NCBI GenBank assembly: GCA_041484665.1
Contig: JBGPIA010000002.1
Coordinates: 64,001-128,000 of the forward strand
DNA length: 64,000 nucleotides
Source: Candidatus Krumholzibacteriia bacterium
Lineage (GTDB): Bacteria; Krumholzibacteriota; Krumholzibacteriia; JAJRXK01
Direction of reading: 5' to 3'
In this document: one piece after another, positions 27,131 through 36,035 of the stretch
Layout: every line of letters starts with the position of its first letter
How positions within the stretch are numbered: the first letter of the stretch is position 1
The notes under the pieces: model-generated
What the model was told of the DNA's origin: nothing
Databases searched by the model: none
Seen by the model: the letters and a program-made list of their open reading frames with translations, nothing else
Made by a program: the position numbers and the translations under genes

Positions 27131-27598
27131 GTGTTCCGGTTCCGCCTGCAGAAGCTCCTCGACTATCGCCTCGACCAGCTCGAGCAAGCACGGCTGGCCC
27201 TGGCCAAAGCCGAGCAGGCGCTGGCGCGCCGGTTCGAGGAACTGGACGAGGCCAGCCGGGAGCGGGCTCGCCTCGAGCTGACCTATCGCGAGCTCGCGGC
27301 CGAGGTGACGGTCCTGCAACTGCAGCGCGCTCTGGCGCAGACGCGCGCCGCGACCGCGGCGCAAGAGCGTGCCCGCCACGCGGTGCTCGCCGCCGAGCAG
27401 GTACGCGCGGCCGCGCACGAGCAGCTCACGCGCTGCCATCGGCAAGCCCGCATGCTCGAGAAGCTCCGCGAGCGCAGGCTCGCCGTCCATCAGGCCGCGA
27501 TTCGTGCTCAAGAACGCCGCGCGATGGACGATGTCGGAGGGCGTACGCGGGGAGCCCGCTCCCAGCCGGCGGCACTTCCTGCAGGTCGCCGCCGGTAA
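27131..27598 (+). CDS. fliJ: Flagellar export protein FliJ
   Basis: FRFRLQKLLDYR...E.AR..L and LEKLRERR..E...MDD. Follows fliI. Confidence 0.88.
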   Translation: MFRFRLQKLLDYRLDQLEQARLALAKAEQALARRFEELDEASRERARLELTYRELAAEVTVLQLQRALAQTRAATAAQERARHAVLAAEQVRAAAHEQLTRCHRQARMLEKLRERRLAVHQAAIRAQERRAMDDVGGRTRGARSQPAALPAGRRR

Positions 27599-27691
27599 CG
27601 CGTGCCTGCGGCCGCGCGCGGTCGGACCGGGCCGGCGCGTCAACTCCATCCTTCCCAACCACTTGCGCGAGGTCGAACTCGCGCTGACCCG

Positions 27692-27706
27692 TGGCATGTG
27701 CGTTGC
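27692..27706 (+). promoter_or_regulatory. Sigma54 promoter for motE-like-fliK-flgD-flgE
   Basis: TGGCAT-GTGCG-TTGC (GG-N10-GC) in the gap after fliJ. Confidence 0.8.
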
Positions 27707-27738
27707 GCTGGGCCGCCCGGGCCCTGGGAGGCGCACGC

Positions 27739-28314
27739 ATGAAGACCATCCTGCTCGCCAGCACCGTCAGCTTCCTCCTGATCATGGGAGGCCTGACGCT
27801 GTACGCCCGTGGCAAGCGGGCCGTGCCGGTGGCTATGGACGCGACGTCGCCCGCGCAGGCACAGGGTCAGGGACCGTCCGCGACGCCGGTGGACGCTGCA
27901 GCTGCAGAGCTGGCATTCGCCGCCGTGGAGAACGAGCGCCAGCAGCTGCAGAAGGAGCGCGACCAGCTCGCCGCGCTGCGCGGCGAGCTGGCGCTGCGCG
28001 AGGCGACGCTGCAGACCCAGCGCGATCAGTTGCAGAAGCTGATCGCCACTCTGCAGCAGGCGCAAACCACCGCCACGACGGCGCAGGCCGCGAGCGCGAC
28101 GAAGCTGGCGAAGATGTTCGATGCGATGAAGGCCGACGGTGCCGCCCAGATCCTTGCGACCCTCGACCAAGACACCGCCTTGCAGATCCTCGTGCGCATG
28201 AAGGAGCGCGCCGCGGCGAAGGTGCTGGCGGCGCTGCCGTCGGCCACCGCCGCCGCGCTGAGCGAGCGCCTCACCGAGAAGGGCACCACGCTGGGCATGA
28301 AGGGGGAGGGATGA
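27739..28314 (+). CDS. MotE/YlxF/FlbB-like protein (TM, coiled coil, MgtE N-terminal-like domain)
   Basis: N-terminal TM, coiled coil, KLAKMFDAMK...AAQIL..LD...A.QIL.RMKER.AAKVLAAL. Typical fliJ-fliK position. Confidence 0.82.
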   Translation: MKTILLASTVSFLLIMGGLTLYARGKRAVPVAMDATSPAQAQGQGPSATPVDAAAAELAFAAVENERQQLQKERDQLAALRGELALREATLQTQRDQLQKLIATLQQAQTTATTAQAASATKLAKMFDAMKADGAAQILATLDQDTALQILVRMKERAAAKVLAALPSATAAALSERLTEKGTTLGMKGEG

Positions 28315-30170
28315 CCCTCCCGCTTGCGCTGCTGCTGCCCGCGGACGCGGCGGCGTCGGCCGCGCCCCCGTGGGGCGTTGCCGCGCCGGCCGCCGGCGCG
28401 CTGCTTCCAGTCTCCGGTGACGGCGCACTGCGGCCCGCGCTAACCGACGTCGGCAGTCAGCTGCTGGATCCCGGCGCCATCCTGCCGTTCTCCGCAGTGC
28501 TCGCGGGGTTGGGCTCGCGACCGGGCGGCGCATCGCCCGCCGCGGCCGGCGGGACACAGCCGCTGCCCAGCGCGGTCGGCGCTGGCGACGCTGCGCGTGA
28601 TGCTCGGCCCCGCTGTGGTGCGCTGGCCGCGAGCGCCGCCCAGGCGGCGGTGCTCATGCCCCTGCTGCAGCTGCTGCAGCCTGCCTGGGCACAGGGCGAT
28701 CCCGCGGCCTGCGCGCAGGGTGGCACGCAGCCAGAGCCCGGCGGTCCTTTGATACCGCGGGACTGCGCGCCGGCGATCGCGCCGTTCTCGCCGCCCTCCG
28801 CGACTGCCGCACCTTCGCTCCCGCCGCCCAGCGCCGAGCTTCCACTGCCACCGGCGAGTGCGGCGCCTTCGCTCGCGCTGCTGCCCACGACTGCCGCGCC
28901 TTGGATTCCGGCAGCCAGCGCCGAGCTCGTAGCGCCGCCCGCGCGTGTGCCGGAAGAGACGAACGCGCAGGCCGCGACGACGGCTGTGGGTGTGGCCCCC
29001 GCGCCCGCCGGGACGACCGCGCCCTGCCCGATGACGACGGCACCCCCACTGCCCGGCGCGCCTGGCGCGACGCCGGCGGCATCCCCGGCACCGGCCGCGG
29101 ACGTTGCGCGGGACGCATCGCCCGCGCACGCGGCTCCCGCTGGAGGCACCCCCCCGACCGCGGGCGCTCTGCTTGCGCCAGCGGCATCGCCCGGCGTGCT
29201 CGATCGCGACCCAACGGCCGGTCTGGGGATGGCGGAGCAGGACGCCGGCCACGCGCTCGACGCGGCGGCGCTGGCCCGGCCCGCATCGCCCGCGATCGCC
29301 GGCCCGCCGCTTCCGCTCGTAGCGCCGGGGCCGGGAACATCACAGCGCGAGACCCTGCCGGCCGCAACGCTGATGCTGCGCTCCGCGCTGCTGGGACAGA
29401 CGGCTCCTTTGGCCCCGGGGGTGGCGGCTGCGACTACGCTCCACGCGCCCCCAGCGGGGGAGGAGGTCGACGCGGATGCCGTCGCGTTGCCGGCACCGTC
29501 GGCTTGGATGGCCGCACCCGCGCGCGTCGCACCGGTGGTGGCGGCCGCGGGCAGCGCGCGAGCGCCGGCTCGCCAAGCGATCGCGCCGATCGACGCCGAC
29601 CTTGACGGTGATGCCGCCGCGGCCGCCGCCCTGCAGGGCGGGCCGAGGCTCGGCGCGCCGCCGTCCACGACCGCCGTCGGGGCCGCCCCGGGCGCCGCCG
29701 CCAACGCCACTTCCGACGCGCTCGTGCGTCAGCTCGCCGACGGGGTGGTGCTCGCGGGTCGCGATGCGCTGTTGCAGTCGGTGGGCGCGGCCGAGGCGCG
29801 CGTGGAGCTCGATCCGCCGCATCTGGGGCCGCTGCGCGTGCGGGTGACGCTGGATGCCGAGGGTGGGCTCCAGGTCGCGCTGCTGGCCCGCGACACGGTG
29901 GTACGCGATCGCCTGCGTGCGGAGGTGGATGAGCTCTCGTTGGCTCTCAGCGGTCGCGGGCTGCGGTTGACCACCGTGGCGGTGCACGCCATGGGGACGG
30001 GGGGGGCCCAGGGGCAGCTCGATCCCCGGATGACTCCGCGCGAGGAGCCCACAGGGAGCGGGTACGACGGCGGCCGCGGCCAGAAGCGCCAGGGCGATCG
30101 CGAGGGCGAGCAGCCTGCAGGAGGCCGCCGTCAGGACGGCAGCGGCCGCAACGTGGACACGCAAGCGTAG
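28311..30170 (+). CDS. fliK: Hook-length control protein FliK
   Basis: Long Pro/Ala-rich region, then ARVELDPPHLG.LRVRV and L..ALS.RGL. Precedes flgD. Confidence 0.85.
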   Translation: MTLPLALLLPADAAASAAPPWGVAAPAAGALLPVSGDGALRPALTDVGSQLLDPGAILPFSAVLAGLGSRPGGASPAAAGGTQPLPSAVGAGDAARDARPRCGALAASAAQAAVLMPLLQLLQPAWAQGDPAACAQGGTQPEPGGPLIPRDCAPAIAPFSPPSATAAPSLPPPSAELPLPPASAAPSLALLPTTAAPWIPAASAELVAPPARVPEETNAQAATTAVGVAPAPAGTTAPCPMTTAPPLPGAPGATPAASPAPAADVARDASPAHAAPAGGTPPTAGALLAPAASPGVLDRDPTAGLGMAEQDAGHALDAAALARPASPAIAGPPLPLVAPGPGTSQRETLPAATLMLRSALLGQTAPLAPGVAAATTLHAPPAGEEVDADAVALPAPSAWMAAPARVAPVVAAAGSARAPARQAIAPIDADLDGDAAAAAALQGGPRLGAPPSTTAVGAAPGAAANATSDALVRQLADGVVLAGRDALLQSVGAAEARVELDPPHLGPLRVRVTLDAEGGLQVALLARDTVVRDRLRAEVDELSLALSGRGLRLTTVAVHAMGTGGAQGQLDPRMTPREEPTGSGYDGGRGQKRQGDREGEQPAGGRRQDGSGRNVDTQA

Positions 30171-30181
30171 AGAGGAACGCC

Positions 30182-30922
30182 ATGGCCATCGCCGGTGTCG
30201 GTGCCAGTAGCAGCCCGAGCGCGTCAACCAGCGCGGATTCCGGGCCCAGCGCCGCGAGCAGCGCCGGGCAGCTGCAGTCCACGTTCCTGCAGCTGCTGCT
30301 CAAGCAGATGCAGAACCAGGACCCCTTCTCGCCGATGGACAACACCCAATTCGTCCAGCAGCTGGCTACCTTCGCCAACCTCGAGCAGCTGCAGGGCCTC
30401 AACGACCGGATGCAGCAGAGCCTCGGGCTGGCCGACACGCTCGGGCAGCTGACGGGCACCATGAACGACAACATGGCCCAGACGCTCAACGCCGCGATGA
30501 TGAACCTCGTGGGCAAGCGCGTGGCCGTGCCGGGCAACGCGATGCAGGTGTCGGTCGATCCAAAGACCCAGGAGCCGGTCGTGGGGCGGGTCCTCGTGCG
30601 CAGCCCCAGCCCAGGCACGGTGACGGCCGTGGTTCGCGACGATCAAGGGAAGATCGTCAAGGACCTGGGCGAGATCACACTGACGGCAGGTTTCACCCCG
30701 ATCCGCTGGGACGGTCGCGACAAGGACAACGTCGCGGTCCCACCGGGCCGCTACACCGTGCAGGTCACCGACTCCCAGCAAAAGGACATGGGGAGCGCGC
30801 TGTTCAGCTCGGGCATCGTGGAGGCCGTGCAGTTCGATACCGGGTTCACCCGGCTGGTGGTGGGCGGCAAGACGTTTCTGCCCAACCAGGTGGTGGAGGT
30901 GGGATTGCCCGACGGCGCGTGA
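30182..30922 (+). CDS. flgD: Hook cap protein FlgD
   Basis: FLQLLL.QMQNQDP.SPMDNTQFVQQLA.F..LEQL, LVGK.V, WDGRD...VPPG.Y. Confidence 0.96.
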   Translation: MAIAGVGASSSPSASTSADSGPSAASSAGQLQSTFLQLLLKQMQNQDPFSPMDNTQFVQQLATFANLEQLQGLNDRMQQSLGLADTLGQLTGTMNDNMAQTLNAAMMNLVGKRVAVPGNAMQVSVDPKTQEPVVGRVLVRSPSPGTVTAVVRDDQGKIVKDLGEITLTAGFTPIRWDGRDKDNVAVPPGRYTVQVTDSQQKDMGSALFSSGIVEAVQFDTGFTRLVVGGKTFLPNQVVEVGLPDGA

Positions 30923-31076
30923 GCGCCGCCGATCCCGCCCGGGCGGTTTGCATGCGGAGTGCGCCCCCCGCCCGCAGCCGCGCCAGGAACGGAACGTCGT
31001 TGCGAGCGCGGCGTCTTGGCGCCGCGCGCAGAGCAAGACCGTGAGAGCCTAACTCGAGACAGGAGCCGGAACGCCT

Positions 31077-33140
31077 ATGCTTCGATCCCTCTTCGCGGCC
31101 GTGAGCGGCCTCAGCACGAACATCGTCGAGCTGGACGTGGTGGGGAACAACATCAGCAACGTCAATACCGTGGGCTTCAAGCAAGCCCGCGTGACGTTCC
31201 AGGAGATCCTCACCCAGAACCTCAAGCCCGCCACGCGCCCCGTGTCGGGCGGGCTGGGCGGCACCAACCCGCAGCAGATCGGCCTGGGCACGGTGGTCGC
31301 CAGCATCGACAGCCAGTTCTCCCAAGGCAACCTGCGGACCACCGGCGGGAAGACCGACCTCGCCATCCAGGGCGACGGCTTCTTCATCCTCAGCGATGGG
31401 CGCAGCCAGAGCTACACACGCGCCGGCAACTTCACCTTCGACGCGAACAACTTCCTGGTGGACGCCAGCACCGGCAAGCGCGTGCAGGGATTGTTGGCCG
31501 ACGTGAACGGGACGTTCCTCAGCGGCGCCAACGGCGACCTCCAGATCGACCCCAGCACGGTCGTGCCGGCCAAGGCCAGCAGCGAGGTGAAGGTCTTCGG
31601 CAACCTCAGCAGCAAGAGTGACGCCGTGGGCACCCACCTCGTGAGCAAGGGCGCCTTCCTGGCGATCGCCCAAGGCGGGAGCTCGTTGCTGACGCTTCAC
31701 GGCAGCGTCGCAGGGAACGACCTCAACATCGGCAACGGCAACAAGGTCTCCCTCACGGGCCTGGTCAACGGAATCCCCATCACCAGCCAGACCTTCGAGG
31801 TGGGCGTCAACGGGACCACCGTCACCGACCTGGTGGGGTTCATGCAGAACGGGCTGGTCGCCTCCGGAGCGGCCGGCGTCACCGCCACGCTGCAGCCCGA
31901 CGGAACGATCAGTATCAACAACGGCGGCGCCACCAGCCTGCAGAACCTCAAGCTGGAGATCGGCGGCGCGGTCGACTTCAACCAGACCATGCTGTTCAAC
32001 GACGTCCCTGCGGGTGGCACCAGCGTGAGCGCGGGAGCGCTGCTCACCCCGGCCACCCGGGCCGACACCCTCGACAGCCTCTACAACGCCGCCGGAAAGA
32101 AGCTGAACATCGCCTTCGATCCCGTCAGCAACCAGACCGTGCTGCAGGTCGGCGGGACCCGTGGTGGCGAAGCCATCACCTCGCTCTCGATGCTGGCGAC
32201 GCGCGGCGTGACCACCCTCGGCGACCTGCTCGACCGTATCACGGACGCGTTCGCGATCTCCAACGCGCAGGGCGTCAGCGTGACCAACGAGGGCTTCATC
32301 GACGTGGTGGGCGACACCGAGCTCAGGAACTCTTTGGACAACATCTCGATCCAGGAGCCCAAGAACGACGTCAGCAATCTGTCGACGTCGTTCGACTTCC
32401 GCACCCTGGCCGCGGCGCAGGACGCCAAGACCTACTCGGTCACGACCACGGTGTACGACAGCCTGGGCGACACCCACAACCTCACCCTGAACTTCACCAA
32501 GCGGACCGGTTTCAACATCTGGGACTGGAAGGCCAGCTTGGACAAGGGCGAGGAGGTCCTCAACGGCGAGACGGGCACGGTCACCTTTGACGAGAAGGGG
32601 AGCCTGGTGTCGTTCCTGTACACCGACGGCGGCGGGCAGATCTCCTTCCGGCCGCAGGCCACCGGGACGCAGGGCGCAGAGGTCGTGAACCTCGCGGTCA
32701 ACCCCGGGACGACCAACGGAGTGAACGGCCTCACCCAGTTCGCGCCCGCCGACCAGCTCCAGTCGCTGGCCAATGGCTATACGGTCGGGCGCCTGAGCGA
32801 CTTCGACATCGACCGGCGCGGGGTGATCTCGGGACGCTTCAGCAACGACACCGTGCTGGCGCTGGCGCGCATCGCCATCTCCCGCTTCAGCAACCCCAAC
32901 GGCCTGGTGCGCGTCGGCAACAACTCGTTCACGATCTCGGGCAACAGCGGGCAGGCCATCTTCGGCTTCGCCGGCGAGGGCAGCGCGGGGGAGATCAATC
33001 CCGGGGCGCTGGAGGCGAGCAACGTCGACCTGGCCGAGCAGTTCACGCGCCTGGTGGTAGCACAGCGCGCCTTCCAGGCCAACGCGCGCGTGATCACCAC
33101 GGGCGACCGCGTGCTGCAGGACCTGGTGAACATCGTCTAG
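31077..33140 (+). CDS. flgE: Flagellar hook protein FlgE (687 aa, large insert)
   Basis: MLRSLF.AVSGL, DVVGNNISNVNTVGFK, DLAIQGDGFF, YTRAGNF.FD, VYDSLG.TH, GALEASNVDLAEQF...QRAFQANARVITT.D. Confidence 0.97.
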   Translation: MLRSLFAAVSGLSTNIVELDVVGNNISNVNTVGFKQARVTFQEILTQNLKPATRPVSGGLGGTNPQQIGLGTVVASIDSQFSQGNLRTTGGKTDLAIQGDGFFILSDGRSQSYTRAGNFTFDANNFLVDASTGKRVQGLLADVNGTFLSGANGDLQIDPSTVVPAKASSEVKVFGNLSSKSDAVGTHLVSKGAFLAIAQGGSSLLTLHGSVAGNDLNIGNGNKVSLTGLVNGIPITSQTFEVGVNGTTVTDLVGFMQNGLVASGAAGVTATLQPDGTISINNGGATSLQNLKLEIGGAVDFNQTMLFNDVPAGGTSVSAGALLTPATRADTLDSLYNAAGKKLNIAFDPVSNQTVLQVGGTRGGEAITSLSMLATRGVTTLGDLLDRITDAFAISNAQGVSVTNEGFIDVVGDTELRNSLDNISIQEPKNDVSNLSTSFDFRTLAAAQDAKTYSVTTTVYDSLGDTHNLTLNFTKRTGFNIWDWKASLDKGEEVLNGETGTVTFDEKGSLVSFLYTDGGGQISFRPQATGTQGAEVVNLAVNPGTTNGVNGLTQFAPADQLQSLANGYTVGRLSDFDIDRRGVISGRFSNDTVLALARIAISRFSNPNGLVRVGNNSFTISGNSGQAIFGFAGEGSAGEINPGALEASNVDLAEQFTRLVVAQRAFQANARVITTGDRVLQDLVNIV

Positions 33141-33164
33141 TCCCGCCCTGCGGGCTGATCGGAG

Positions 33165-33187
33165 CGCGGCGCCCGCGGGGCGCCGCG
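33165..33187 (+). terminator. GC-rich stem-loop after flgE
   Basis: CGCGGCGCCC-GCG-GGGCGCCGCG, a 10-bp stem with no U-tract. Confidence 0.45.
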
Positions 33188-33206
33188 TCCGCCACGGAGG
33201 GCAGCG

Positions 33207-33446
33207 ATGATCCACCTGACGCGACGCAGCGGGCAGGACCTGGTTCTCAATGCCGACCTGATCGAGTCCATCGAGGCCAGCCCCGAGACTTTAGTCGCGC
33301 TCGTCACCGGCCGAAAGATGCTGGTGCAAGAGTCGCTCGAGGAAGTCGTTCGCCGGGTTCTGGAATACCGCCGCCGGATGCGCGCCTATCCGGTGCCGGT
33401 GGCGGGCATCCCGGAGTCCGGCGCGGCGGGCGAAGCGGAGCAATGA
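33207..33446 (+). CDS. flbD: FlbD/SwrD family flagellar protein
   Basis: MIHLTR..G..LVLNADLIESIEA.P.T...L.TG.K..V.ES.EEVV.RV..YRR. Confidence 0.9.
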   Translation: MIHLTRRSGQDLVLNADLIESIEASPETLVALVTGRKMLVQESLEEVVRRVLEYRRRMRAYPVPVAGIPESGAAGEAEQ

Positions 33447-33593
33447 GCCCCGCGTTGCGGCCGCCTGCGGGCGGACGGCGGCGCGGCGCGCGCGGCAGGC
33501 GACGCGGATCCGGTCGCCCCTGCCGTCTTCTCGTCCAGGTGCGGGGCACCGCGGCGCCAGGACGCGCCGCGCGACCGCGCGGGAGGTCATGAC

Positions 33594-34133
33594 GTGGCGC
33601 AGGAGCAGTCCCCGGAGGGCGCCGAGCCCGCTAAGAAGGGCAAGTCGCTGCTGGAGAACAAGCTGTTGGTCATCGCCGCCATCGTGCTGGCGCAGGGCGG
33701 CATGGGCTTTGCTGCCGCGAAGTTCCTGATCGCTCCTGCTTTTGCTCCGCCGGCAGCGCCGGGCGCGGCGCAGGGTGCGGGTCATGGAGGGGGCGAGCCC
33801 GGCCCGGACGGGGCCGCCGCAGCGCCCGCCAGCGGACCTTTGGTGAGCCTCAACGAGATGGTCATCAGTCTCAGCGCTACAGGCAAGCCACGCTACCTGC
33901 GCACGACCATCGCGCTGGAGGCGCGTGACGCTGCCGTGGCCAAGGAGATCGAAGAGCGCCTGGCGAAGTTCCGCGACATCGCCATCATGCGCCTCTCCAG
34001 CCACGCGCCCGGCGACCTGGACACCTTCGAGGGCAAGGAAGCGGTGAAGGCAGACATCAAGACGGCGCTCGCCGGCGACTTCAAGCCGGGCGACCTCCTC
34101 AACATCTACTTCTCCGACTTCGTGGTCCAGTAG
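33594..34133 (+). CDS. fliL: Basal body-associated protein FliL
   Basis: Single TM, RYLR..I.LE, RD..I..LS, EGKE..K..I, IYFSDFVVQ. Confidence 0.93.
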   Translation: MAQEQSPEGAEPAKKGKSLLENKLLVIAAIVLAQGGMGFAAAKFLIAPAFAPPAAPGAAQGAGHGGGEPGPDGAAAAPASGPLVSLNEMVISLSATGKPRYLRTTIALEARDAAVAKEIEERLAKFRDIAIMRLSSHAPGDLDTFEGKEAVKADIKTALAGDFKPGDLLNIYFSDFVVQ

Positions 34134-34148
34134 GAGGGGAGGACCCGC

Positions 34149-35156
34149 GTGGAAAACCTCTCGCAGGTCGAGCTCGACGCGCTGATCGGTGCCGCAGCGC
34201 AGCAGGCCGGCGGGGAGGACCCTGCCGCGGCCGAGGCCGCCGATCTTGGGGGGCAGGGGCAGCCGGCCGGGCAGGCGGCGGTCCGCAACTTCGATTTCAA
34301 CCAACCCAACACCCTCAGCCGCTCGTTCGAGCGCAATCTGCGCAGCCTGTGCGAGAGCTTCAGCAAGATCGCCTCGCTGTCCTTCACCAATCAGGTGCGC
34401 ACCAGCTGCGTCGTCTCGTTCGTGAACCTGCGCGTGTTCTCCTTCGGCGAGGCCTACGCCGGAGTGGAGAATCCCAGCTGCATCGCCGTCTCGACCATGC
34501 CCCCGCTCAAGGGCACCATGCTGCTGGTGATCGACGCGGGCATGATGTTCTCCCTGTTCACGCGACTGTTGGGCGGGGGGGTGGAGGAGCCGACGCAGAT
34601 TCGCGACTTCACCGAGCTGGAGATGGGGATGTCGCGGCGCATCGTCGAGCGCGTGCTGGACCACTTCCGGTCCGCCTCCGAGCGCATCGTGGCGCTCAAG
34701 CCGACCGTGTCCCACATCGAGAACAACCCCAGCTACGTGCAGGCCCTCAGCGACACCGAGATGGTGCTCGCCCTGCAACACTCCATCGGGTTGGATACCC
34801 TGCGGGGAACGCTGACGTTCATCCTGCCGCTGGCCGCCTTCGAACCGGTGCGCAACCTTTTCGACCCCAAGGAATCCATCGAGCTGCGCGGCTCCGCCGA
34901 GAAGAGCCGCGACCGTCGCCTGGTGAGGGCGGCGCTGCAGCGGACGGAGGCGACGCTCACCGTCCACTTCGTGCCGCGGCGCGCGCGGCTGCGGGAGGTC
35001 CTGGCCCTGAAGGTGGACGACGTGCTGCCGCTGGGCCATCCAGCGAACCGCCCGCTCACGGTCAATGTGGAACGCAAGCACATGTTCGACGCCGTGGCCG
35101 GACGGTCGGGCCAGGCGCGCGCCGTCCGCATCGTGCGCAGGCTGAAGGAGTCCTAG
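34149..35156 (+). CDS. fliM: Motor switch protein FliM
   Basis: LSQ.ELDALI CheY-binding peptide, FDF..P, LLGG, RDFTELE, C-terminal SPOA-like domain. Confidence 0.93.
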   Translation: MENLSQVELDALIGAAAQQAGGEDPAAAEAADLGGQGQPAGQAAVRNFDFNQPNTLSRSFERNLRSLCESFSKIASLSFTNQVRTSCVVSFVNLRVFSFGEAYAGVENPSCIAVSTMPPLKGTMLLVIDAGMMFSLFTRLLGGGVEEPTQIRDFTELEMGMSRRIVERVLDHFRSASERIVALKPTVSHIENNPSYVQALSDTEMVLALQHSIGLDTLRGTLTFILPLAAFEPVRNLFDPKESIELRGSAEKSRDRRLVRAALQRTEATLTVHFVPRRARLREVLALKVDDVLPLGHPANRPLTVNVERKHMFDAVAGRSGQARAVRIVRRLKES

Positions 35157-35540
35157 ATGGCTCAGGATCCCGCAGGCACCGGCATGGCCCACGAGGATGA
35201 CGCCTCCAGCTCGGCCGCCACCGCGCAGGCTGTGGTGAGTGCCGCACAGGCGGTCGGCCGCCAGGCTGCGGCCGACGACGACGGCAGCTTCGACCTCCTG
35301 CAGGATGTCGAGCTGACGGTCACCGTCGAGCTCGGACGGGCGCACATGGAGATCCGCGACATCCTCAACGTGGGCAGCGGCACGATCGTCGAGCTGGGCA
35401 AGCTCGTGAGCGAGCCGGTGGACGTGCTGGTCAACGGCACCCCCTTCGCGCAGGGCGAGGTGGTAGTGGTGGACGACGCCTTCGCGGTGCGCATTACGCG
35501 CCTGCTCGACCGCAACCACCTCGTGGCCAAGAGCAACTGA
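35157..35540 (+). CDS. fliN: Motor switch protein FliN
   Basis: LL.DV.L.VTVELGR..M.I.DIL....GTIVEL.KL..EPVDVLVNG..FAQGEVVVV...FAVRIT. Confidence 0.96.
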   Translation: MAQDPAGTGMAHEDDASSSAATAQAVVSAAQAVGRQAAADDDGSFDLLQDVELTVTVELGRAHMEIRDILNVGSGTIVELGKLVSEPVDVLVNGTPFAQGEVVVVDDAFAVRITRLLDRNHLVAKSN

Positions 35541-35542
35541 CC

Positions 35543-35890
35543 ATGGCCGGTGCGGCCCTCACCTGGATCAGCGGCACCCTAGCCGTGCTGGCCCTGGTGC
35601 TCCTGCTGGGCCGGTTGGGCCAGTGGGCGCTGCGCCGTGGCGCCGCCGCGCATCTGGCGGCCGCTACGGTCGGCCAATGGCGCGTCGGGGCCGACGCGCG
35701 CGTGCGCGCTGTGCGCGTGCTCGGCTGTGTCTACGTGCTCTACGAGCGCGGGCGCGAGACCACGCTGCTCACCGCGCTGGCAGCTGCGGACTTCGACACG
35801 GCGCTGCAGGGTTCCGCGCCGGCGGGCCCGCTGGCCGGGATCCTCGGGCTCGCGCCCGGCAAGGGCCGCTCGCGGGTGGCTGCTCCCTAG
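35543..35890 (+). CDS. fliO: FliO-like membrane protein
   Basis: N-terminal TM plus a short beta-rich part, located between fliN and fliP. Sequence is divergent. Confidence 0.6.
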   Translation: MAGAALTWISGTLAVLALVLLLGRLGQWALRRGAAAHLAAATVGQWRVGADARVRAVRVLGCVYVLYERGRETTLLTALAAADFDTALQGSAPAGPLAGILGLAPGKGRSRVAAP

Positions 35891-36007
35891 ACAAGGTTGG
35901 CTCGCCGCTGTGCGGTGGAGGCCACCCCGCTCCACGCTCGCGGCCCCAGCGCGCCCGCAACCCCCTTTCCTTGATCGGGTTGACGGCGGCTGTGGCGCCC
36001 CGGGGCG

Positions 36008-36022
36008 CGGCACACCGGTTGC
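36008..36022 (+). promoter_or_regulatory. Sigma54 promoter for fliPQR-flhBAF
   Basis: CGGCAC-ACCGG-TTGC (GG-N10-GC) in the fliO-fliP gap. Confidence 0.65.
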
Positions 36023-36035
36023 GCTGGCGCCCAGC

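Noticed and set aside
30923..31076. Separate promoter or small gene between flgD and flgE
   Set aside because: The candidate GG...TTGC has 9-nt rather than 10-nt spacing, and there is no credible ORF.
33443..33592. 49-codon ORF in the flbD-fliL gap as a motA remnant
   Set aside because: It is Arg/Gly-rich with no hydrophobic MotA-like sequence, and is most likely a chance ORF in GC-rich DNA.
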